From a virus (Duplodnaviria > Caudoviricetes): a DNA stretch of 63,685 nucleotides. Under the pieces are notes generated by a model that was not told the DNA's origin, searched no databases, and saw only the letters and a program-made list of their open reading frames with translations. Location: positions 1 through 63,685 of IMG/VR virus record IMGVR_UViG_3300012943_000034. One strand, given 5' to 3'. The stretch's first letter is position 1; each line of letters opens with the position of its first letter. The position numbers and the translations under genes were made by a program. Below are positions 27,508 through 36,766 of the stretch, piece after piece.

Positions 27508-27906
27508 CTACCTACCACCGATGGCATAACCAGCAGCGAGAATGCCAAGTAAGAATCCAAATGCTCCTACGTTTAAATAACTACAATCGCATTCTTCGCA
27601 TTCAACTGGATTCTTTTCAAGGTACTGAAGGGCACGAGAATCTAACACATACTGCTCGTACTGGTATGGCGGGACAAGGACTCCATCGTACGGAGCACTC
27701 TGAGTTTTTTTTATTGTCGTGATCTCATTCGTTAATTTTGTTTCTCTTTGAATCTCGTTGTTTGATACGACGGTTTTCGTCTGACACGAGATCATCGATA
27801 GACTTATCATCAATATTGAGAGTTTTCTCATAACCATCTTTCCATATTTTTTTCTTCTGCTGTGCAATTTTTCTCTTAGCCAGACCTTGTTGTGCTGCCA
27901 CAACAC
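27508..27906 (-). CDS. lipoprotein, putative outer-membrane spanin (start probably MVMRKLS)
   Basis: Lipobox-like ILMISLSMISC; overlaps TM-anchored upstream ORF; C-terminal hydrophobic segment. Confidence 0.55.
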   Translation of the reverse strand: MLWQHNKVWLREKLHSRRKKYGKMVMRKLSILMISLSMISCQTKTVVSNNEIQRETKLTNEITTIKKTQSAPYDGVLVPPYQYEQYVLDSRALQYLEKNPVECEECDCSYLNVGAFGFLLGILAAGYAIGGR

Positions 27907-27946
27907 CTATCACCCCAAGCAAAAGGTATATTAATTCGTTATCCAT
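27725..27946 (-). CDS. putative inner-membrane spanin
   Basis: N-terminal TM helix then charged helix, overlapping lipoprotein gene. Confidence 0.5.
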   Translation of the reverse strand: MDNELIYLLLGVIGVVAAQQGLAKRKIAQQKKKIWKDGYEKTLNIDDKSIDDLVSDENRRIKQRDSKRNKINE

Positions 27947-28166
27947 TCTTTACTGACAAATATTTCTTAGACAGAACATTTGCTCCAGAGTAGATTGCAC
28001 CAGCTCCGTTGATTGCGGCAAGCACCAACATCATAACTGACTCACCTACCTCGAACCTCTTGTAAACAAGGGGCACCGCAATGGTAAGTGCGATCTGTGC
28101 AACTGTGATCATAAATTTACGTGACTTCACTTTAGGCTCTTTTTTAATTACTTTATTTTCTTCCAT
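27939..28166 (-). CDS. putative holin
   Basis: KSRKF then two TM segments. Confidence 0.65.
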   Translation of the reverse strand: MEENKVIKKEPKVKSRKFMITVAQIALTIAVPLVYKRFEVGESVMMLVLAAINGAGAIYSGANVLSKKYLSVKNG

Positions 28167-28180
28167 ACAACATTATCGGA

Positions 28181-28531
28181 TTAAAACTGATCGTCTAAAA
28201 TCTTTTTTTTAATATCAGGCCATTTGTCTCCGGCAACTTCTTTCAGTGCGAAAAAGGTACGCCTCAAATCGAGTTCCATCTTCGCCATCTTCGCCAGCTT
28301 TGTTTCAAACTGAATCATCTTCTCTGACATTTTATCTAAAGACTTCGTATTCATATCTAGCGACAAAGACAACTGCCTAACCGTCTTCTCTGATACATCA
28401 GCTTTGGTTTTGAATATATTGTATGTGAACTTTCCCAATTCAATTACTGATTTCAATGCAAGCAATATGAATATGCCAACAAAGATGTTTAAATCAGTCT
28501 TTGTAACCGCATCGAATAGAATTTTTTCCAT
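28181..28531 (-). CDS. membrane-anchored coiled-coil protein (holin/antiholin-like)
   Basis: Single TM plus coiled coil in lysis region. Confidence 0.5.
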   Translation of the reverse strand: MEKILFDAVTKTDLNIFVGIFILLALKSVIELGKFTYNIFKTKADVSEKTVRQLSLSLDMNTKSLDKMSEKMIQFETKLAKMAKMELDLRRTFFALKEVAGDKWPDIKKKILDDQF

Positions 28532-28545
28532 GAACCAATTGTGAT

Positions 28546-28986
28546 TTATTTTTTAAAGAAAGAGAAGAGTCGAGATTTAAAACCCTTCTCTTCATACAAA
28601 GAACTAAACACAGGGCCAGTTCCTTTTGATGGGCTTGGTGCTCGTGGAGCTGGATTAAACAAACGAGACTTAATCTGGTTTATAGATAGTCCGATGATCC
28701 CGATTGTTTGAGTCAAATTTTGACCCTCTTTTTTCAGCCTAGAGTTCTCGTCCATTACTGATCTAATGTCTCTTTGTAGGATGGAAATTTGGCCTGCCAT
28801 TGCACTGATGGTGTGATCGTGAGCTATCTTTATCTGCTCTAAAAGATATAAATCCGTGGGGCGAAGATTATCTTTTACCATTTTGTCGTTTTTCCAGAAG
28901 TCTAAAGCGAGCATTGCTTTCTTTTGATCTTCTGAATCAAATTCAAACTGTACTAACCATTCAGGAATTAGCAGGCCTTTTTCCAT
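28546..28986 (-). CDS. hypothetical coiled-coil protein
   Basis: ORF in operon. Confidence 0.55.
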   Translation of the reverse strand: MEKGLLIPEWLVQFEFDSEDQKKAMLALDFWKNDKMVKDNLRPTDLYLLEQIKIAHDHTISAMAGQISILQRDIRSVMDENSRLKKEGQNLTQTIGIIGLSINQIKSRLFNPAPRAPSPSKGTGPVFSSLYEEKGFKSRLFSFFKK

Positions 28987-29191
28987 TTAAAACCGCCTTA
29001 TGTTTATCTATTTTATCTTTGTGAACCTTATTCATTAAACTGACTAGAGTTTGAGTTCTAGAATTTAAAGCATCAAACGCATTTACCATAGCCAAGATGT
29101 GTTCTTTCTTTGGCTTAATATCAATATTTGATCTCGCAATAGCGAAGGCTTCTTGAACCCAATCACGAGTGTAAGGTTTGTTTTTCTTCAC
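28961..29191 (-). CDS. hypothetical protein
   Basis: ORF in operon. Confidence 0.5.
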   Translation of the reverse strand: MKKNKPYTRDWVQEAFAIARSNIDIKPKKEHILAMVNAFDALNSRTQTLVSLMNKVHKDKIDKHKAVLNGKRPANS

Positions 29192-29562
29192 GGTATATCT
29201 CTTGCCGCAATAGTAAGAGCGTTTTTCACTCTGTAAGTTTGAGTTTTACCACCGTCTACAACGACAATATCTATATCAACTTGTTTTGATTCTTTTAATT
29301 TAGCAGACTGAACGGCTGTTATAGCTATATCCAAAGCGCCAGCAGTACCAGAAGCACGAACGATACCACTATTAACCAACGTGAGTTCGAGCGTGGCCGG
29401 AGTTTCGGTTGGATCATTTTGTAATTTAGTTTTGATCTCTGTCGCATTTGTTAAGTCCACTGGTTGACCGTTCTTTTGAATCATTACCCTTTGTAAGACA
29501 TCATCACCTTTATAAACGGTTACTACAGATCCTGCACCACAATCATTATTTTCACATCCCAT
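29188..29562 (-). CDS. Ig-like/BppU-N-like virion protein
   Basis: YKGDD...GQPVDLTNA...DIVVV beta-sandwich pattern. Confidence 0.6.
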   Translation of the reverse strand: MGCENNDCGAGSVVTVYKGDDVLQRVMIQKNGQPVDLTNATEIKTKLQNDPTETPATLELTLVNSGIVRASGTAGALDIAITAVQSAKLKESKQVDIDIVVVDGGKTQTYRVKNALTIAARDIP

Positions 29563-29675
29563 ATTTTACTCCACAAGTTCTGCTACCACATAAACTGGTT
29601 GTTCATGCGAAGCAATTAAGTTTTTATTAAAATAAAATCCAACTAAAATTTCTGTGATAAAGACTGCTACCATTA

Positions 29676-30257
29676 TCATGGCTTAATCCAAACAGAAACG
29701 TAGGCTTTAAGTGCCTCTGGAATTCCCATTCTATCGAAGAACTTCTTAACTAAAAAGTGTTTACCTGAATCATCTGAATTGCAATCGTCTACAACAATTA
29801 AACAACCTGAAGGAAGTTTATCGTAGCAAGCCGCAAGCTCTCCAGCGTGATGTAGCTCGCTTAAACCGTATGGTGGGTTATGATCGTATGAATCTAAGAA
29901 CAGCATATCGCAATTTGGAAGAGTAAATTTCACACTTGGATCATTTAACAAAGCGTTTATTGAGTCAGCACAGATCACAGTAGTCTTCTCACTTGTTAAA
30001 TCTTTGGCAACTTTACAAGAATGTTCTGAAAGATCAATTGTGATAACTTTACCGCCAGTTTGATTGGCTAAGAAGTCCCACTGAAGAGTGGATTGTCCGT
30101 CGCCATGCCAGTTGTTTGGAGTTCTAGCGCATCCAGTTTCAATGATATTTAATGGCTTATTTTTTTTAAGCAGATGATCTGCAATAAATAAAAAACATTC
30201 CCAGCGTCTTGAATCACCCAAATGTGGGCCGAATTTTTCTACATAATCTTTAATCAT
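29676..30257 (-). CDS. class I SAM methyltransferase (Methyltransf_24-like)
   Basis: IIETGCAR, GQST, ITID, DS, DMLFLDSYD, IVVDD. Confidence 0.8.
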   Translation of the reverse strand: MIKDYVEKFGPHLGDSRRWECFLFIADHLLKKNKPLNIIETGCARTPNNWHGDGQSTLQWDFLANQTGGKVITIDLSEHSCKVAKDLTSEKTTVICADSINALLNDPSVKFTLPNCDMLFLDSYDHNPPYGLSELHHAGELAACYDKLPSGCLIVVDDCNSDDSGKHFLVKKFFDRMGIPEALKAYVSVWIKP

Positions 30258-31270
30258 AATGTGCTCCTAACGTAGTCCATAACCTCAACTGGCGTTGGCA
30301 ACAAAGCCTGCATCAGTTCAGGTTCTATAAACTCTACAGTAACTTCTTTTTCCTGAATTGGGTTGAAATCAGTATGGTTCCACATTCCATCTTTGCCAAG
30401 ATTTTTCATGCGCCATCCCCACTGACCATTTCTCCAATGAGTAATATAATCAGGGTGTTTACAGCTTGCAATAAAACCTATGTGGGCTTCACCAGCCGCA
30501 GCAATGTGAAGAGGAGAAGAATCATTAGTAAGAAGTACATTCGTATTTTTGCAGAGCCAGATAAGCTCTTTAATAGACGTTTTATTTCTGAGATCAACGC
30601 ATCCCTCACTGTTCACATCAACTGTAGATCGGTTGTCGTCAGTGTCTTTACCAATGAGGATTGGAGTTAAGCCGTACTTAATGATCTCTGACAAAACATC
30701 GTCCCACCATTCTTTAGGGAATGTTTTAGAAGGCCAATGCTTTCCAGCGTGGACAACCACGTATTTTTTTTTATTATACAAAAGGGCTTTTGCCCAATGT
30801 GTATCTGGCTCATCGGCTTCTAATTTAATTTCTTTATCGGCAACTGGTAGCTGTAATCTAAACATACACACAGAACAAAAATCTACACAATGGGCTAGGC
30901 AATGTGAGAAGAATTCCCAAAGTAAATTACTTGGATCAACGATTGATCTGAACACCATGTAATTTGATTCAACTGGCTTAACTCTTTTTAAATCAAAGAC
31001 TTCTTTAAACTCTAAGTGTGAAAATAGTTCTGGAGCTTCTGATGCAAGAGAAATCTCAATGCCTTTAAATACTTTTTGAGCATATCTTATCACTGGTTCA
31101 GCGCAGACTTGATCGCCCAATCCTCCCCATGTAACAATTAGAAACTTCTTTCCGTTTCCTTTTTTAATTGCTTTACCTACGTTAAATGATGGGATCTGAT
31201 CAGCAGGCAAAACCATTTTATCGCCAGGAAAGGCGAAAGGGTTCGGGCCTTGATTTTCTTGTTCATTCAT
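30254..31270 (-). CDS. GT9 glycosyltransferase
   Basis: GGLGDQVCAEP, HAGKHWPSKTF, DLRNKTS, TNDSSPLHIAAA. Confidence 0.85.
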   Translation of the reverse strand: MNEQENQGPNPFAFPGDKMVLPADQIPSFNVGKAIKKGNGKKFLIVTWGGLGDQVCAEPVIRYAQKVFKGIEISLASEAPELFSHLEFKEVFDLKRVKPVESNYMVFRSIVDPSNLLWEFFSHCLAHCVDFCSVCMFRLQLPVADKEIKLEADEPDTHWAKALLYNKKKYVVVHAGKHWPSKTFPKEWWDDVLSEIIKYGLTPILIGKDTDDNRSTVDVNSEGCVDLRNKTSIKELIWLCKNTNVLLTNDSSPLHIAAAGEAHIGFIASCKHPDYITHWRNGQWGWRMKNLGKDGMWNHTDFNPIQEKEVTVEFIEPELMQALLPTPVEVMDYVRSTL

Positions 31271-32616
31271 TATGTGTAATACTCCAGTAAGACAGCCGTT
31301 GCTTGTCGGTTTGAAATGTTGATGCCACCGAAGTAAACTCCTGTAGCGTCAAAAGCAATTTTATATGTCTCACCGGGATTGACGTCAATTAATTTAATTT
31401 GTTCATTGATATTGGGCACTCTAAAATTCAATTGAGGAGAAAGCACCGCAACAGGAGATGATTTTGGAACAACTGTTCCATCACCCAACTGCCCAGAGTT
31501 ATTGTTACCCCAAGCCCATAGTTGACCATTTTGATCTAAGCATACGCTATGATCTTCTCCTGCTCCTATATAAGCTGGAACGATATTTCCTAAAACTAGA
31601 GTCGGCGTTGATTTGGCTACAATAGTACCATCGCCAAGTCTTCCGTTAAATCCAGAACCCCAAGCCCAGAGCTGACCTCCGAGACTATTTCTTCTATCTG
31701 TAATTCCTAGAGTATGAACATCTGATGCCGCAATAGATTGGAATTGAAATCCTGTAATTAGAACCGGAGATGATCTTGGAGTTGTATCGCCCAATCCAAG
31801 TTGTCCAGAACCATTGTTACCAAAAGCGTATGTTCCAAACTCAGATATGATAAATGATGTATCATTAACGCCACCAGCAAATACCTTATAAACTTTGCTA
31901 GTAAAAGAAGAAACCAAAGTTGGAGTTGATCGAGCAATCTGATCTCCCAATCCTAATTGTCCAAAACCATTGTTACCCCAAGCCCACAATCTGTTATCAA
32001 CATCAATAGCGAGACAGTGTCCTGCGCTTAAGGCAACGTCTATGAATTTTACTCCAGCAGAAACTAATATTGGAGATGATTTTGGAATTATAGTATTATC
32101 GCCAAGCTGACCAGCGTTGTTTGATCCAAATGTCCAAATGTCATTATTTTCATCGATACCAGCAAATCCAATAGATTGATTCATTATCGCAATCTTTTTA
32201 AATTTAACTCCACCGATAATCAATACTGGAGTAGACCTATTCGTAACCGTCCCATCGCCCAAACGACCAAGTCCGTTGTTACCCCATCCGTAAGCATCGC
32301 CGTTAGAATCTAAAGCGTATCCAGTCTCTAAACCACTTGCTATTTGAACTAGCTTTCTACCACCGAATGCAACCGCTACCGGAGAAGATACAGGTGCTGC
32401 CGAGTTATTACCAATTACTCCTGAGGCGTTTAAACCCCAACAATAAACGTCACCGTCATAGGTATATCCTCCAGCCCAATCTCTTCCCACTGAAATAGAG
32501 GGACAAAGCTGTTCATAGAAAATAACCTTTAACTTTTTAACACCACCTGGACACACCCACGATTCAGGGGTATTTGATGGAGCATTATAAAAGAATTTTT
32601 TAGCTAATGACTTCAT
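31270..32616 (-). CDS. RCC1-repeat beta-propeller protein 3 (putative receptor-binding)
   Basis: Seven WGxNxxGxLGxG...SSP/STP repeats. Confidence 0.9.
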   Translation of the reverse strand: MKSLAKKFFYNAPSNTPESWVCPGGVKKLKVIFYEQLCPSISVGRDWAGGYTYDGDVYCWGLNASGVIGNNSAAPVSSPVAVAFGGRKLVQIASGLETGYALDSNGDAYGWGNNGLGRLGDGTVTNRSTPVLIIGGVKFKKIAIMNQSIGFAGIDENNDIWTFGSNNAGQLGDNTIIPKSSPILVSAGVKFIDVALSAGHCLAIDVDNRLWAWGNNGFGQLGLGDQIARSTPTLVSSFTSKVYKVFAGGVNDTSFIISEFGTYAFGNNGSGQLGLGDTTPRSSPVLITGFQFQSIAASDVHTLGITDRRNSLGGQLWAWGSGFNGRLGDGTIVAKSTPTLVLGNIVPAYIGAGEDHSVCLDQNGQLWAWGNNNSGQLGDGTVVPKSSPVAVLSPQLNFRVPNINEQIKLIDVNPGETYKIAFDATGVYFGGINISNRQATAVLLEYYT

Positions 32617-34142
32617 GCTGAGTATTCCAAAATTACTCTTTTTACTTTATCTGCTGATAGAAATTCGCTCTCTATCGCACAGTAAAAAGGTGAGATTTGT
32701 AGTTCTATATTTGATCCAGGATTCACTACGATTCTTCTTGAAACATCTGTTCTAACTTTTTTATCTATATAAAGACTTCCAGCAACCAGAACCGGAGATG
32801 ATCTTGTAGTCACAGAGTTATCGCCCAAAGCGCCCTGACTATTCGAGCCCCATGCGTAGACGTTTCCGTCAGAAGAAAGAGCAAAACATTTATTTTGATA
32901 AGCAGCGAATTCTAAGAATGAATAGTTTCCGATAACCAAAGTTGGAGTAGATCTAGGAGTTTGATCGTTTGTTCCTAAGTTACCAAGCTGGTTTGAACCC
33001 CACGCCATTAATTTTCCTTCAGTAGTTAAGCTAAAGAAAGCATACTCCTTTGAAGTTCCATCAACAATTTGGCTAAAGATATTTAAAGATTTCATTCCAG
33101 AGATTAAAACTGGAGATGATTTACTTACGTTAGATCCATCTGGTATTCCTCTAAAATGACCCCAAGCCCAGACTTCTCCGTTATACTTAATTCCGAAACA
33201 CGTCCCACCATCGCCAAAGATTCTTGTAAAGATATGGCTTCCAAGAACTGCTACAGGAGAAGACTTGGTTACCGTAGTTCCATCGCCAAGCTGTCCATGT
33301 TCATTGCTACCCCATGACCAAGCCTGACCGTTAGAATCTAAAGCGTGAGTCGCAGAAGTATAGTTACCAGCAGCAGGCCCAAGCCAGTATTGATTTCTAG
33401 ATACTGCAACCACACTTGAAACACCTACGATTAATGTAGGAGAAGAAACTCCAGCACCCGAGAATCCTAAGCTGCCGTTTTTATTCTGACCCCAACTATA
33501 TAATCTACCATCGAAATCTAAGGCAATCACAGAAGGAGTAAGAGTGTGTACATAAAAATCTACAAATTTATTTGAGCCAACGCAGGCAACAGGAGATGAT
33601 TTTACAACTGTAGTTCCATCGCCAACTTGACCATCATCATTCGCACCCCACGCATAACCATTTCCGAAATGATCTAGACAATAAACAACCTGATTTTGGT
33701 ATCCAACTTCAAATTTTACAAATCTATTTGTTCCTGCGATAGCCGTAGGAGTAGATACGGTAGTTGTATTTCCAGTTCCAAGCTCACCGTTAATGTTTGA
33801 ACCCCATGCCCATATTTTTCCACAGGCATCTAAAGCGAAATTAGATCCAGCTCCAAGTCTAGCTTGATAAAACTTAAGACCTTTTGATACAGCCGTTGGC
33901 ACTGATTTGTTGACAACTGTCCCGTCACCGAGTTGGCCTTGGTTATTCGCACCCCACGCATATAAAACTCCGTAATCAGTTTTTAATCCAGCTCCCGCAT
34001 TGATGTTACCAAACAGGTATCTATTCTCTTTATCTATCTCTACTGTCACCAACATTTCAGTAACGGCAGTCGGCACAGTGAATGTTTGAGTTTCGCCATT
34101 TGCGTTCGGATAGAATATCTTTTTAGATAAATTTTTACTCAC
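32613..34142 (-). CDS. RCC1-repeat beta-propeller protein 2
   Basis: Repeated AWGxNxxGQLGDGTxxxKSSPV. Confidence 0.9.
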   Translation of the reverse strand: MSKNLSKKIFYPNANGETQTFTVPTAVTEMLVTVEIDKENRYLFGNINAGAGLKTDYGVLYAWGANNQGQLGDGTVVNKSVPTAVSKGLKFYQARLGAGSNFALDACGKIWAWGSNINGELGTGNTTTVSTPTAIAGTNRFVKFEVGYQNQVVYCLDHFGNGYAWGANDDGQVGDGTTVVKSSPVACVGSNKFVDFYVHTLTPSVIALDFDGRLYSWGQNKNGSLGFSGAGVSSPTLIVGVSSVVAVSRNQYWLGPAAGNYTSATHALDSNGQAWSWGSNEHGQLGDGTTVTKSSPVAVLGSHIFTRIFGDGGTCFGIKYNGEVWAWGHFRGIPDGSNVSKSSPVLISGMKSLNIFSQIVDGTSKEYAFFSLTTEGKLMAWGSNQLGNLGTNDQTPRSTPTLVIGNYSFLEFAAYQNKCFALSSDGNVYAWGSNSQGALGDNSVTTRSSPVLVAGSLYIDKKVRTDVSRRIVVNPGSNIELQISPFYCAIESEFLSADKVKRVILEYSA

Positions 34143-35647
34143 GAGTAATACTCCAAAATAACCTCTTCGCAGTTCTTGTACGAAATAGGAGATTGATTGA
34201 AAGTTACATACCCCTCTGAGAACTCAACTGAATAATCTCTTCCTGGCTTTACTGTAAAATATTTTAAATTTGGAGGAAGCATTGAGAATCTAGTTATTCT
34301 ACCAAGCTGATTTGATACGGCTACGGGAGATGATTTAGATACGATAGTGTTATCGCCCAAGCGACCTGAGTTGGCAGAACCCCATGCCCATAAATAACCA
34401 TCAGCATCAGCAGCGTATGAAGTAGAGTTTCCTAAATCGTATTGAATATATTTACCAACAAGTTCTGGATAAGATTGATTTATGCCGGGGTTACCAGTGC
34501 ATTGACCGAACCCATTCTCTCCTGCCATCCATAGATCATTTTGCTCTACGTGTATTCCTATGAAGTTTGTTCCACCTTTTAAATCTATAACTCTGTAGTC
34601 AAAAGGGTTTTCAAAAGGATCGCCAGTTACCAGAACCGGAGATGATCTGTTTACCTGATCTCCTAATGCAAGTTGTGAAGCATTATTTCTACCCCAAGAA
34701 TAGAGTCTGCCATTTTTACCGATTGCATAGCATGAATTATTGAATGCAAAAATTCTCTCAAACTTTTGAGATGAGAGAACCATTACAGGAGAAGAAGTAT
34801 TACTTGTGGTGTTTCCATTTCCGAATTGACCATATTGGTTATCATCGCCCATCGCCCAAGCTTGTCCTGTTACATCTAAAAATAGAGCGAAGTTTCCACC
34901 GATAGCAACTTGCTTAAATGCTTTCGATGGAACAACTAGAGTAGGTGAAGAAAAAGGTGAGTTAACAAAGTCAATAGAACCCCATCTCCACAACAAACCT
35001 TTTTCGTTTATACCGTAGGTGATCGCACCATTTGTCCAAATATCTTTCCAGCGATTGGGGCCAACAACTTGCGTAGGAGATGATCTGTCGTTTGTATCAC
35101 CAACACCAAGGCATCCAGAGTTATTTGAACCCCATGCGAATGCGGCACCGTTATTGTCTATAGCTATTTTAGAAGAAGGGGAGAGAGCCGCTTTATTGAA
35201 TTTATATAAACCAGCAACCAACACAGGAGATGATCTTCTTATTGTTGTTCCATCACCTAATTGTCCTGAGAAATTATCGCCCCAATTCCAAGTATTTCCA
35301 TTTGTATCAATAGCTAAATTTGATTCAGAAGTTGAAAGAGAATTTGTTTTTGAAAGGAAAAATTTAGAGTAAAAATTAGATCCAGAAACAATAACTGGAG
35401 ATGATTTCATTATAAGAGTGTTATCACCTAATTGTGCTTCAGCATTATATCCCCATGAATACAGATTATATTTGTCTGCTGTACCAGCAGTTGAAACTTT
35501 CGAAAGTGAGAATGCGCCTTGAGCACCGCCAATGACACCTTCTAGTTTATTTGGATTAGGGTAAACAATTACACGCTGAACGCCGCCTGGACATTTCCAC
35601 GTCTTATTTGCTCTGTTTAAAACAACCCTAACCAAATTCTTTTGCAT
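34139..35647 (-). CDS. RCC1-repeat beta-propeller protein 1
   Basis: Repeated WGxNxxxQLGD...SSPV. Confidence 0.9.
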   Translation of the reverse strand: MQKNLVRVVLNRANKTWKCPGGVQRVIVYPNPNKLEGVIGGAQGAFSLSKVSTAGTADKYNLYSWGYNAEAQLGDNTLIMKSSPVIVSGSNFYSKFFLSKTNSLSTSESNLAIDTNGNTWNWGDNFSGQLGDGTTIRRSSPVLVAGLYKFNKAALSPSSKIAIDNNGAAFAWGSNNSGCLGVGDTNDRSSPTQVVGPNRWKDIWTNGAITYGINEKGLLWRWGSIDFVNSPFSSPTLVVPSKAFKQVAIGGNFALFLDVTGQAWAMGDDNQYGQFGNGNTTSNTSSPVMVLSSQKFERIFAFNNSCYAIGKNGRLYSWGRNNASQLALGDQVNRSSPVLVTGDPFENPFDYRVIDLKGGTNFIGIHVEQNDLWMAGENGFGQCTGNPGINQSYPELVGKYIQYDLGNSTSYAADADGYLWAWGSANSGRLGDNTIVSKSSPVAVSNQLGRITRFSMLPPNLKYFTVKPGRDYSVEFSEGYVTFNQSPISYKNCEEVILEYYS

Positions 35648-35648
35648 T

Positions 35649-36752
35649 TTAGTTCACCCAATAATTTGTTCCATCACAATAGAACGTCCAAGATCCGTAA
35701 TTAGAAGATAGATAATAGTTTCCGTTTACTCCTTCAATGTTCTCTGCTCCAAAAGGAATACAACCAAGTTGGTTTACATCAAGATAACCTGTCACATCTT
35801 TGATAGTAAAGGATTTACCAGCCATTTTAGTTGGGTTAGGGAATGTGAAATCAGATGCAAAAGAACTATTGTCGATCAAAATAGTTACGCCAGCAACCCA
35901 AGTATCTAAAATAAAACCAGCAGTTGCGTTCAAGTGACCGTTAATCATTACTCCAGGTCTCATCTTTAACGCCATGTCCAATTCATTTATTTGATCTTGG
36001 ATCATTCCACCGACTGCATAGTTATTTGAGAATTCATATTCAGCATCAGTTTCATTTGATGAAGCTTGCTTAGACATTCTAATTGCAGAACCAGAAACAA
36101 TCTCTAGCACGTTTGTACCAGCAGGAATTGATGGACCTGTGATAAGTGCTCCAACAAGAATCTCTGAAGTATCTGAAAGCCCTGTCATGTTATATGAACC
36201 GCTCGTTACATCGCCTTCTTGAATTGAGATCGTGTCTTCAGCAGGAATAATTGAAGCAACCAAAAGAGAAATTGCGGCATCGAGTTCGTTTAACTGAAGC
36301 TGAACGTTGCCGCCAGTTGCATATCTGTGGCCGATTGTTAAGCTTGTTCCAGTTCCATTTGCCTGAGCAGTTTTAGATAGAGTGATCTCATCACCATTAA
36401 TTTCTGTGATCCATGATCCAGCTTGAATACCAGATCCAGAGACAGCCATCCCTGTAGTGAGTCCGGCAACTGAGGCCATATCAGTAATAACATTAGATCC
36501 AATCGAAGTATTACCTGTTGTGACTAAAATTGTGGAGTCAGCAGAAACCCCGTCTGCAGCGTTTAGCACTGTCGACACTTGTTCGTCTAACCACTTAAGC
36601 CACTGATCTATATTGTAGAAAAGCCAGTTCATATACTGGAATGGAGGAGATTCAACTACCCATCCTTGAGCTTTCTTGGAGCCGCCGGGTTCAACCGCTT
36701 TCGAAGGATCACCGTCTGTCCAATCTGGGAAGTCTGTAGGTTTTATTGCCAT
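35649..36752 (-). CDS. tail fibre/adaptor protein with internal duplication
   Basis: N-terminal KAQGW...PPFQYMNW anchor; two copies of GxxVSGxxIxAG...Q.NELD; C-terminal FTIKD...IEG...DGTNYW module. Confidence 0.7.
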   Translation of the reverse strand: MAIKPTDFPDWTDGDPSKAVEPGGSKKAQGWVVESPPFQYMNWLFYNIDQWLKWLDEQVSTVLNAADGVSADSTILVTTGNTSIGSNVITDMASVAGLTTGMAVSGSGIQAGSWITEINGDEITLSKTAQANGTGTSLTIGHRYATGGNVQLQLNELDAAISLLVASIIPAEDTISIQEGDVTSGSYNMTGLSDTSEILVGALITGPSIPAGTNVLEIVSGSAIRMSKQASSNETDAEYEFSNNYAVGGMIQDQINELDMALKMRPGVMINGHLNATAGFILDTWVAGVTILIDNSSFASDFTFPNPTKMAGKSFTIKDVTGYLDVNQLGCIPFGAENIEGVNGNYYLSSNYGSWTFYCDGTNYWVN

Positions 36753-36766
36753 ATATTTCTCCTAAA

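Noticed and set aside
31270-35647. Recurrent GGAGATGAT and CATCGCC DNA repeats as a CRISPR array or DGR template
   Set aside because: They encode the SSP and GDG residues of RCC1 repeats; no reverse transcriptase, cas gene or adenine-variant repeat pair seen
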